Shown here piece by piece: positions 1 through 11,900 of a stretch of DNA of 64,000 bases (position 1 is its first letter; every line of letters starts with the position of its first letter). The position numbers and the translations under genes were made by a program. The stretch is from Antedon mediterranea (Eukaryota; Animalia; Echinodermata): the NCBI RefSeq assembly GCF_964355755.1, contig NC_092670.1:8546201-8610200 (forward strand). The letters are read 5' to 3'. Under the pieces are notes generated by a model, which saw only the letters and a list, made by a program, of their open reading frames with translations, ran no database searches and was not told the origin of the DNA.

Positions 1-1445
1 TATTGGGGATGGCAAAAACACCAATGACAGCAACTTTATCCTGTACATAAGCTCAGACAGCAGCCCCAAAGGTCCGCAGTTTCCCCCTATTCGGCTATAT
101 ACTCGGCGCGTATGTCGTCTATTGGCGTTCATCTGAGTTAGAAATACGTGATACGGACTCGGACTGACAATAAATACACAGTAGAATGCTAAAACAATAA
201 ATAAAGAGAGCAGTTGTTTCCTGTACCAAATCATCAAACATCAAACTCTTAGGAACTCGCCCAAAATGGGTTTATCCATGAAGTGTGTAATCATTTTTGA
301 AAAAAATGTTGTTTTTTTTTACTTTTTCGGTACACAGCAGCTCAAATACCCGAGGCTCCATTCGTGATCAACAATGTTGATAATACAAACACATTCACGA
401 TAACGAGTGACTTTTATTTTATAATTGAAATATATCTTTATTTTGGAATAATAAATAACACCAACAAAAACACTTAAAATAACCAACAGCAGATTTGTAT
501 TTTAGGGTATCATTTTGAACAATCAATATTATATCAAAATCATTATTTCACAACACAAAATAATATAATTTAAGAATATTTTTCAGATAAACTAATTAAT
601 AATTACACTCATAATGATCGACACCGGTACCGATTATTGTGCTTTATTATTATAACTCGATTTAAATATTGTTTTAATTACACACTAGACACTAGTGATA
701 TGTCTATATGAAAAAAGGCAATGAAATCTAAATTTGCAACATTTTTTACATAACATAACATAATAGTAAAGTAAATAATAGTTCGAATTCAACATAATCA
801 CTTAGAAAATTGGTAAGGTATAGATTAGACTATCGATTGCACACTATTACTGTATTTTTAATTCAATTTAAATTTAAAAAAAAGTAACAGTTTTCATGTG
901 AATTAGACTGATAAAAACCAACAAATAACTTAATCTGCCAACATTTTAAACATCGTTACTTGTCCATAATGGATCGACTACTGTATCGATTACTGCACAT
1001 TGTTTTACTTTAACTGAAACAAAGTCAAATTTTTAATTGTTACTGTACTAATATTAGACAGTGATATCTGATAAAAGGCAACATTAATTAATATTAATAA
1101 TACTGAACCAAATTAAATATCGTTACTTATCCACAATGGATCGACTACTGTATTGGTTATTGCACATTATTTACTAACTAAAATAAGAAAGTGATATCTG
1201 ATAAAACGCAACAAACTGAATCGAATTAAATATCGTTACTTATCCATAATGGATCGACTACTGTATTGATTACTGCACATTATTTTACTATAACTGCCCA
1301 AGTCAAATTTAAAATTGTTACTGTACTAACATTAGACAGTGATATCTGATAAAATGCAACATACTCAGGACCAAATTAAATATCGTTACTTATCCATAAT
1401 GGATCGACTACTGTATCGATTATTGCACATTATTTAACTATAACT

Positions 1446-3281
1446 TTTTAACTACTAATCTTTTCAATACACAATTTGTAAACAACTTTTGCATAGATAA
1501 TGATCAGCATTGTGATTTGGATACAATAGATTGTCTTACCAACTTTGAATGTGAACCCTTTGTGATGCCTGAGGTATTTTATGCCCTCTCACAGTTAAAT
1601 GTATCCAAATCACCAGGACCTGATTGTTTGCTTCCAGTATTCTTAAAGTCATGTAAGGCACAATTGGCTAATGTTTCACCGGTGAATGTTTTATGTACAT
1701 TCTTTAATTTAACTGTACAAAAAGGTATTTTACCAAAACAATGGAAGGATGCAAATGTTGTACCTATTTTCAAAAGAAATGGAAAACCCAAAGACGAAAT
1801 GAAAAGCTATCGTCCAGTGTCTTTAACTCCCATAATTTGTAAGATTATTGAGATATTTCTTTGCTATCGTTTAAGGGAATATCTAGAATATAATAATATC
1901 CTTTCAGAAAATCAGTTTGGGTTTAGACAAATGTATAGTACTGAACTTTTACTTTCAAAGGTTTTTCATTCATGGGCACAGAGCTTAGAACTTAAAGGCT
2001 GTAAAAATATTGATATTATTTTTCTTGATTTTTCGTCTGCATTTGATAAGGTGTCTCATAAAAGATTAATTAAGAAACTTAATAACTGTGGCATTGGTGA
2101 GAACACTAATGCATGGATTACAGATTTTCTTTCAAATAGACACCAAATGGTTATTTACAGAGGAGAAAAGTCAGAGTGGGTAAATGTTACTTCAGGGGTA
2201 CCACAAGGGTCAGTTTTGGGCCCTCTTTTATTTTTGATTTACATAAGTGATATTGTAAATAATATTTCTTCTTCACTTTTTCAATTTGCTGATGATCACA
2301 CATTATCACGTCCTATCAGGGAAGAGTTAATTTAACTCTTCCCTGGTCCTATTTATAACAATAATGATTGTAAATTACTTCAAAAGGATTTAGATTCAAT
2401 TGCTAAATGGGCAAATGTAAACCAACTTCCCTTAAATCCTGTCAAATGCGCCGTAATGCATGTTACAAGATGTAAAGATATAGTTAACTGGGATTATACC
2501 ATAGAATCAGACAATATTCCTAAAGTTACAGAATTAAAATTTCTAGGTGTTTATGTAAATAGTTCGATGTCTTGTCATACACAAGTTAATTATGTATGTT
2601 GTAAAGCAAGCAGATTGCTTGGTTTTATTTCAAAATGTAGTAAAAATATGTCCTGGTTAGCTATGTTGAACTTATACAAAGCTCTATAACTTCCAGTGAT
2701 TACCTACTGTTGTTCAATGTGGGCACCATTTGAGAAATCACATACTAATAGAATAGAAAGTATACAAAGGAAAGCAACAAGGATAATAATGTTTAGAAAG
2801 GAAGGTTCCTGGGAAACCTCTTATTTTCATAGGTTGAAAGTGCTTGAATTATTATCTATTGATGACTTGTTTAAATTACATAGACTTTCATTAGGATTTA
2901 AGTTGTTGAAAGGTTACTGCCCCCATTCTTTCAATGAGTATATTAAAACTAGTGAAAGATGTCCGGGTAGGCTTTTACGTTGGAATTCGAAAGGCAATAC
3001 TTTTCATAATTCTGTATTTGTTTCCTTTCCTAGACTATGGGAGCAAATACCAAATGACATAAAAGATTCACAAAAAATTTCAATATTTAAGGCTGCTCTA
3101 ACAAAACACTATATTTCATGTTATGTATAGTTTATTTGTATTTTTCTTGTATATGGTTTTATCTTAACTGTTTGTATTGTATGGAGTGAGTGCAGAATCT
3201 GTTTGGGCTTTAGCCTATTTTCATTCCTGGTTATTTTTACATTGATGACCGAATAAATATTATTATTATTATAATTATTAT
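1446..3281 (+). mobile_element. 5'-truncated CR1-like LINE (reverse transcriptase and C-terminal region), disrupted
   Basis: ORFs 1517-2335, 2456-2689 and 2696-3130 share one frame. RT motifs: KSPGPD, YRPVSLT, QFGFR, FLDFSSAFDKVSH, GVPQGSVLGPLLFLIY, FADD, ESIQRKATR. AATAAA plus an (ATT)n tail at 3252-3281. TATAACT is duplicated at 1439-1445 and 3282-3288. The frame is broken only by a 36-bp insertion at 2317 and a TAA at 2687. Confidence 0.93.
2317..2345. mobile_element. 29-bp hairpin insertion with 7-bp target duplication (probable P-superfamily excision footprint)
   Basis: GTCCTAT-cagggaagagttaa-t-ttaactcttccctg-GTCCTAT. Removing 36 bp restores the RT frame SRPIYNNNDCKLLQKDLD. Confidence 0.8.
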
Positions 3282-3995
3282 TATAACTGCCCAAATCAAT
3301 TTTAAAATTGTTACTGTACTAACATTATACAGTGATATCTGATAAAATGCAACATACTCAGGACCAAATTAAATATCGTTACTTATCCATAATGGATCGA
3401 CTACTGTATCGATTATTGCACATTATTTTACTATAACTGCCGAAGTCAAATTTAAAATTGTTACTGTACTAACATTATACAGTGATATCTGATAAAAGGC
3501 AACATTAATAATACTGGACAAAATTAAATATCGTTACTTATCCACAATGGATCGACTACTGTATTGATTATTGCACATTATTTTTCTCTAACTGAACCCA
3601 GGTCGAATATTGTACATGCAGTGTAACTACCGACACACTGTAAAAGCACAATTGAGCAAAGACATCGAGGTTACTGGCTGTATGCATTAAAATAACTGAA
3701 TATTGTACATTCAACATATTCCATTGTTACTAGCTAAAAAGAATACACGATATAATAAAACCAATAGGGGCTATTGTATTTCTTTTTACATGATTTGTGA
3801 CAGCGTCATTTATAAATTTGATTATATCACACTGTAATGATACTGGATTCTGCTTGCCAACTATCTATGGATCAAATAGTTCAGTATTTACATTTGATAT
3901 ATTATATACAATATTTACTTCAAAACTGTCAAATGTTTTATGTAAACGATTAAAAACTATTAAATCAGCCGTAATGCATAATCTTTTTAGTTTAT

Positions 3996-4500
3996 CTATT
4001 CGTCATCATCACAGTCACTTTCACTGTCATCACTCCAAGGTTGGTCATCATCGATTTCAGCTTCAAAATCTATTATTTCAAGTTCTTCATCATCAGTTTG
4101 TTCCAATATTCCTGCATCAGTATCGTCAAGAACTTTGTTCCGAGTGTGGATCACTAGTCAATGGATCTGGTAGAGCATTTCCATCAAACCATTTCGGTAC
4201 ATACCTTCCATCACCATTATCAACCCATCCATAGTTTAATGGGCGTAGGTTTTGTGTTGGCTGAGGAGTATGAGCGTGTCTCCACATAAGATACATAATT
4301 TGCCCTCAACAGATGCTGAGTGATTGTGATTTCACATGGTGGCAATGACGAACAGTTGATCTTCTTGACTTTCTTCTTTCCAGTTGTCATTTTGCGAAAC
4401 GATTGGTACCTGGCCTCATTAATACTGTTCATGCTTTTAAACCCATATATCTTGCATACATAGGCAGTGACTGCGGGTTTGTCCATCCTGTCACCACAAA
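3996..4500 (-). pseudogene. Frameshifted C-terminal fragment of an Academ-type (XPG-associated) transposase
   Basis: Translation across two frameshifts gives YVCKIYG..SINEARYQSF..SSLPPCEITITQHLLRANYV / MWRHAHTPQPTQNLRPLNYGWVDNGDGRYVPKWFDGNALP / acidic tail DDTDAGILEQTDDEELEIIDFEAEIDDDQPWSDDSESDCDDDE*. The LPP..L..H..RA.Y...W....P...GW pattern is recalled from this protein family. Confidence 0.65.
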
Positions 4501-7500
4501 GCGATCGCAATGACTTGCCTTTGCGGTAAAATCCAGTATCATTACAGTGTGATTATAATCAAATTTATAAATGACGCTGCCACAAATCATGTAAAAAGAA
4601 ATCCAATAGCCCCTATTGGTTTTATTATATCGTGTATTCTGTTCAGCTAGTAATGGAATATGAGGAATGTACAATATTTAGTTATTTAATGCATACAGCC
4701 AGTAAACTCGATGTCTTTGCTCATTGTGCTTTTACAGTATGTCGGTATGCAAAATATTCGACCTGGGTTCAGTTGGAGATAAGTAACGATATTTAATTTG
4801 GTCCAGTGTTATAAATGTAACAATTTTAAATTTGACTTGGGCAGTAAAATAATGTGCAATAATCGATACAGTAGTCGATCCATTATGGATAAGTAACGAT
4901 ATTTAATTTGGTCCTGAGTATGTTGCAGATACCACTGTCTAATGTTAGTACAGTAACAATTTTAAATTTGACTTGGGCAATTATAGTAAAATAATGTGCA
5001 GTAATCAATACAGTAGTCGATCCATTATGGTTAAGTAACGATATTTAATTCGATTCAGTTTGTTGCGTTTTATCAGATATCACTTTCTTATGTTAGTTAG
5101 TAAAATAATGTGCAATAATCAATACAGTAGTCGATCCATTGTGGATAAGTAACGATATTTAATTTGGTTCAGTATTATTAATATTAATTAATGTTGCCTT
5201 TTATCAGATATCACTGTCTAATGTTAGTACAGTAGCAATTAAAAGTTTGACTTTGGTTCAGTTAAAGTAAAACAATGTACAGTAATCGATACAATAGTCG
5301 ATCCATTATGGACAAGTAACGACGTTTAAAATGTTGGCAGATTAAGTTTTTTGTTGGTTTTTATCAGTCTAATTCACATGAAAACGGTTACTTTTTTTTA
5401 GTAATAGTGTGCAATCGATAGTCTAATCTATACCTTACCAATTTTCTAAGTGATTATGTTGAATTCGAACTATTATTTACTTTACTATTATGTTATGTTA
5501 TGTTAAAAAATGTTGCAAATTTAGATTTCGTTGCCTTTTTTCATATAGACATATCACTAGTGTCTAGTGTGTAATTAAAACAATATTTAAATCGAGTTAT
5601 AATAATAATAAAGCACAATAATCGGTACCGGTGTCGATCATTATGAGTGTAATTATTTAGTTTATCTGAAAAATATTCTTAAATTATATTATTTTGATCG
5701 AAATAATGATTTTGATATAATATTGATTGTTTAAAATGTTACCCTAAAATACAAATCTGCTGTTGGTTATTTTTAAGTGTTTTTATTGGTGTTATTTATT
5801 ATTCCAAAATAAAGATATATTTCAATTATAAAATAAAAGTCACTCGTTATCGTAAATGTGTTTGTATTTTTCACATGAATAAACACGAATGGAGCAAAAA
5901 AGAGAGAAAGAGAGAAAAAACGATTCATACTTCATGGATAAACCCATTTTGGGCGAGTTCCTAAGAGTTTGATGTTTGATGATTTGGTACAGCAAACAAC
6001 TGCTCTCTTTATTTATTGTTTTATCATTCTGCTGTGCATTTATTGTCAGTCGGAGTCGGTATCACGTATTTCTAACTCAGCTGAACGCCATAAGACGACA
6101 TACGCGCCGAGTATATAGCCGAATAGGGGGAATCTGCGGACCTTTTTAGGGCTGCTGTCTGAGCTTATGTACAGGATAAAGTTGCTGTCATTGGTGTTTT
6201 TGTCATCCCCAATATATACTGCTGCCATTAAAAAAAGATTCAACCTTGTATCGCTTCACATGAATAAACCCATTTGGGCGTGGCCCTAAAATGTTGCTGT
6301 TTGGCGCCCCGTACAGGATAAAGTTGCTGTCATTGGTGATGTAATCATTAGTAGCCCACTGCGAATGATATCCAAAAAAGTTTATCCTTGTATCGCTTCA
6401 CATGAATAAATGCATTTTTACCCCCCTATGTTATGATCCCCACAGGCCCTATGTACAGGCTGTAACCCGGCAGCAATATCGAATATTGCATCTCGCCCTA
6501 ATACGCACCTAACTACATCATCAAACCTTTTGTATCTTTTCACATGAATAAATCTTCCGGGCGCCCGGTCTATATATCTCCAGTTATCCTAAACAGTGAC
6601 AAGAAACAATGTCTACCAAATATCTTGTCTTCAGTTATTCTAATCAAAGCAATATTATTACGTTTTACAGTAAAGACTAGAAAATATTTTATTTGAGATT
6701 TTTTATGTAGTTTATTTTAAATTTTCCAAATTGTTTGGAATTCTTTGTAAATAACTGTAATGATAGTACTGTAGTAATAACAGAAAGATATATTTTATAC
6801 AGTAATTTTATTCAATGCATTTTTAATTGTAATGTACAGTAGATTATTTGGTTACGTTTTGCATTCTCAATTGAGAAAGTTTTTTAAACATTTGTTATAT
6901 ATTTTTAAAATGATGATAATTGATATAATTGTATCCTTTATAAAGTTAGTTTATTGCAAATTTCTTTTTGAGAGTGCCAAATTTCTTACTCAATCTTTCA
7001 AGAAAATGACAAATAATAGTTTCAAATAAAAATCTAAAATTCTTCAACAGTATGAAAAACACTGTTTGATATACTCAACCTATAAAAATGTATCCTACCA
7101 ATCAACTCAGTGATAATAACTTCTACTGAGTGACTGCATCAGGGAGCTAAGTACTGTAAAGTGACAGTCATGGGTTTTTCTTAACTTTCTGACCTAATTC
7201 TTACTGAATACTCGGTATATTGCGACCACGCAGATGATCTAGAGGTTGTGGTTTCGGGTCCCACCTATAATAATTGCAAAAGTGTTCACAAGAAAGTGTT
7301 CATGTACTGTTGAGCAGTAGGCCCTACAGTAACAGTATTTGTCTCAAGGATCTAATATTTACACAGTATGATATTCATTTTTAGAATGTAGTTTTGTGAA
7401 GTTAGGCTTGTGTTCCTTACCACTCTAGGCTACAGTTAATAATAATGTTTTAATGTTCGTTTTGGCTAGCAAAATGCTTGTGGACTTGTAAATAAAAAAT

Positions 7501-8976
7501 TAGGGAATTGATCTCATGGAGGTGTAGTGAATTTTGTACTTTTTGCATGGGGCTACCTAATACATATCACTATAACGCTCTACCTACAGTAATTTTCAAT
7601 TCAATTCAATTCAAAATTCTTTAATCATCCCACACGGGGCAATTAAAAAAAAAATTTTGTAGTGTTTATAGTTTTCATTAAGTTAATTTTGTTAATTGAA
7701 AGAATGATGCCCTATTATCATTATTATTATTAGATGATCTTCCATGCCCTGTTTAGCCGGACTGTTTAGTACAGTACACTAATTTGTTTGTATTAATGCA
7801 GACCACTTTAATGCTACAGTGAGTTACACATTTAATTTCAAATATAATACATAGGTTACACAATGTATTTCGGTTTCAATGATCTTTGTATTCATAGGTT
7901 TTAATATGATGTGTTAATTTAGAACAAAACTAGACAGAATTCCCCACATAAGTAGTTCCCCAGTATCATAGGAGAAATCTGTATTATTACAGTATTTCAT
8001 GGTGCCTGTAATAAATATTACAATTTGGTCTTTGATACTAGGTGATACAGTACATGTGAAATTTTCTATGATACTGGGGTAAATCTATATAAATGGGAGA
8101 CAAACTTGCTTACCAAATATTGATGGTAAATTAAAACATAGTTTGAAGACATTTCGTCATATTGTCTAGAAAAAAATCTTGGTTCGTTTCCTGTCTGCTG
8201 TCGTAAATAATTTAGCCAAATACGAATAAAAATATTAAATTTTCTTTTAAATTTTAATAGGAATAAATAATACATATGTTTGTGTATTATCATTGTTTAA
8301 ATTTGTCAACAAAAAAATTGTCCCATCCCCATATTGGTCATTGCATTTCTAAATTTAAAATAGATAAAACTTGACAGCAAACAAACATTATACTATATAT
8401 AGGCCAATTATCTTTGTTTTAACATCTGTTTTGTATACAGAAATTGTGAACTGCGATGACATCACTCAAAATTGGTTGTGTACAGTAGTTGGCTATAGAA
8501 TGTAAACAATTCTTTTTTAGTATTCTCATAAATTTAACTTGTGTTTGAAATTATAAATACGGCAGGAATTAATAGCAACATAAACATTGAGAAGATTCTT
8601 TGTATAGCATTTAGCATAAGTAATTTAATGCTCCTAAACTGATTTTATACCCAACTAAATTTCCCTCTTATAATAATAGAATTACATTATAGTGTGAATA
8701 TACAAATCGGTGTGTTACCTGAATGTTCAGTGAAAATTATTTAATAAAATAAGAGGTTGAATGGTGTGTTAAATTGTTAAGAGTTACAATGTTATTATAA
8801 ATATTTATTGATGACTATTAATAATAAATTAATGAAAACAATATTTCTTACTGGTTGTTCTGTATTGCCTCAATTTATTGCATATTCGTTAATAAAAATA
8901 TCAAAATAATTAAAGCACATATCATTTAATAATAAAATATGGTTAATAATTAATTTAAATATTAATTTAATATTTA

Positions 8977-11900
8977 TTAATTAACAATTAATGGCAGTTT
9001 GCGATGATTTAGCCAAGATGGAAATGCTGTTGGCAGGGCATCCAGGATTTTCTCGAGGATGAAACGGATGGCTTGTTGCATTGCAACCGTTAGGAGATCA
9101 ACAGCCGGAATAGACATGACCAATAAACACAGCTTCTCCTGAAATAAGAAATACATTTACAAGAGCCTTTTAAATAAAAAGAATTGTCTAGGGGCAAGCA
9201 TTACTTATGTAACCATGAGCAGCAGTGGAGGATGGGTATCTTTCCTCTATTAAGAAAAAGCCACCTCAACCATGATTTGAACCTGGAATCTTCTGCATCG
9301 TCCTACCAGACCATTTGTGCTTTCGGTTCACAAACATACTGTATAATTGTGCCCTACAGTACCCTGGCCTGCTGTCAGAAGACCTGACCTTTTCTCCCTC
9401 ACTGAGCCTATGAAGATTAACTTCGAATTACCTTTGCGTTTGAAATTGATCTACTATCCTCCAGTGAGAATCTAGATAATCTATGTAGAATATACTGAAC
9501 GTCTGGGTCATCTTTTCCAACACTTGACTCAATCTCGTACTGTAGATCAGTATACCTGGAAAAAGATATTATATTTATGATTCACTTATTATATAAAAAC
9601 TATTGGTAGTTGTTAATTTTGTATGTATAAACCTCTGCCTCCCTTTTGAATTATTTACATCTATGTCGGGCAACTTTAATTGCATATTTTAAGGAAGCTT
9701 TTAAAACTCGCCCTTTTTAACTCATACATTTTTGTTTAGTTTTCTGGCATTATATTTTTACTATCTACTAGCATATTTAAGCTTTTACATAATGCGATAT
9801 ATAAACCTGTATTTTAAGTATACAGTAGATAATATTTCTTAGCCTAAAAAAGTGTAATTGGGAAATACAGCCTCTGGATCTTCCACAGAATTACACTTTT
9901 ATACTTTCAGTAGGGCCTTATTGTTAATAAATTAATGTTTCATAGCTTTTTATTTAAGAGGTGATTCAAAAAGCTCTCTCAAATGGCCAGAGCATCAAAG
10001 ATGTTTGTTTATTAACAGGATCAAATTATGAAAGATGAGATTAATTATTTGCAAAATCAATATTTTGATGTTGCAAGTTGCATACCTGGAGAAGCCTTGA
10101 GCATGCAATCTAATTTCATTATTTGTTTTGTTAACATTCTTTAAAGCACTGCGCAAATGAAGTATTGATTTCAATTCAAACTTTCACCACAACATAAAAA
10201 AGTATATACCTAGATAAATAAATATTAAAGATGTATTGTCCCTTGAAACACAAAAAAATGAAGGTCAATATTCTAAATTTAAATCTGCCATATCAAAGTA
10301 ATATTAAAGTTATTCACTTTAAGTCGAAAATTCGAGCCAAAAACAACAAGTTTACGTAATTAAAAGGTAAATTAATTTTATTACATTTCGTCGCGAGCGA
10401 AAGTAAACAAAAATTTCAAACCATGAGTATGCATTATGCATGATGCTAATTAGGATTGTTTACAACTTGCACGGTTGAGAAGGTGTTTTCACACAGATCG
10501 CAAGGAAGTTTTATGAATATGCATACAGAGTAGCCAAACAAGCGCGTTGCATTATGAGATATGTTTTGATCGAAAACTTTAACTGGAAGTCAAAGTTATT
10601 TTTTGAACAAAAAAACGTCTGTATTTCAGTTAAATGATATGATACTTCAAAATAACCCACTTTTTTTCGAAATCTTTTATTTTTTATTTTTTTGGAATTA
10701 GTCAAAGGGACAATACATCTTTAACATAAAGGAATTTCAACATATAAATATATGTTATCACTCAATTTTAACAGAAATGAAACTCTAAAATCTGTCAGTG
10801 AAGGGAAAATATCCATATTTGAAGTCTTGTGTGAAAAATGGCCAAAATTGAATTTCTTTGGCCTGCTCGCTAGTTTAGTTTTCTGGAAAATCGGGTACAG
10901 TACCTGTATTGGAATGCCCTTTAAAAATGTAGTTAGGAATGTACTGGGACCATGTGCAAGCTATGGTTTTGTTCAAAAGGAGTTTACAAACATAGATTAT
11001 ATTCAGGTAAGCACATTATATCTATTATTTAAAGTGCATCTTTAATTCTTACGACGCAACCCATGCAACTTTAATTCATTAGTTTATAAGATTTCAATGG
11101 GCACAAATATTTTTCATGACTAGTTCTTTTCTAGGTAAAACTACAGAATGTTATTTTGAATTCTTTTGACAATGAAGCCACGTCAACTGAAAGTGGGAAC
11201 AATTATACTCTTGTGGCTTGCTCTACATTAGTAGAACATAGATTGCAGTAACAGAATTCTCAATAAAAAATTACAACAAATTGTAAATGATTTACCATTT
11301 TGAGGGTTTAATTTCAAATTTTACATCATCTGGTGTTGCCTTTCTAACAACAGCATCTCTCATATTCTGCAGAGTCTTTTCAAATAGCGCTGTCAATGTC
11401 AGATTATGGAACTTCTGCCGAAACCGTTTGCATCGATCCCTGTCAAAAATAAATCAAAATAGTGGAGGAAACCTGGTTTCTGTAGTGGAGATGGATTTTC
11501 TTTTTATTCAGGCAAGATAAATTGAAATGGATTTCAATGAATATTTAATTATAAAGACTTTTTTTTATAAAACTTGTAATCTACATTTATAAAGGGTTTG
11601 ATATTCTTACCAATGTTTTTATTTTCTACGTGGGTTTTTGAAAGCCTTTGGTGCACAAACATTTTGAAAACCAAGCATTATTGTATACTAATATTACTAA
11701 TTTTTTTTTATTTTTAAAAACCCAAATTCCTAATAACACTCTATGTTTCCGTCTATACAGTATTTGCATTCGAGCTTAAAATATTAATCATGAATAAGTA
11801 TTATATTATTATTATTATTTGTAGCGCAACATAAAATTGGGTAACATACTTAAGTTAATTAACTATCTGGTTCATTGATATGCAATAATAAAAACAATCT

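Larger units (their letters stand above)
950..5330. repeat. ~140-150-bp tandem subrepeats inside both arms of the foldback element
   Basis: The unit aaattaaatatcgttacttatccataatggatcgactactgtatcgattattgcacattattttactataactgcccaagtcaaatttaaaattgttactgtactaac... recurs at about 950-1445 and 3282-3600 (+), and inverted at about 4780-5330. Confidence 0.9.
1..6572. mobile_element. Non-autonomous foldback DNA transposon, Academ(X)-like, with very long inverted arms; left end lies upstream of the window
   Basis: 1-1445 plus 3282-3849 are the reverse complement of about 4530-6215 (e.g. tattggggatggcaaaaacaccaatgacagc at 1 vs gctgtcattggtgtttttgtcatccccaata near 6185-6213). The right arm continues through three subterminal tgtatc(g/t)(c/t)ttcacatgaataaa copies and ends ...ccgggcgcccggtCTA at 6572. 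A CTA-3' terminus is the described AcademX terminus. The spacer (3850-4529) holds a transposase C-terminal remnant. Confidence 0.75.

Noticed and set aside
3797-4234. 145-aa plus-strand His-rich ORF
   Set aside because: It is the antisense shadow of the acidic transposase tail on the minus strand.
6046-6243. 65-aa ORF also mirrored at the window start
   Set aside because: It lies in the non-coding inverted arm and has no recognisable motif.
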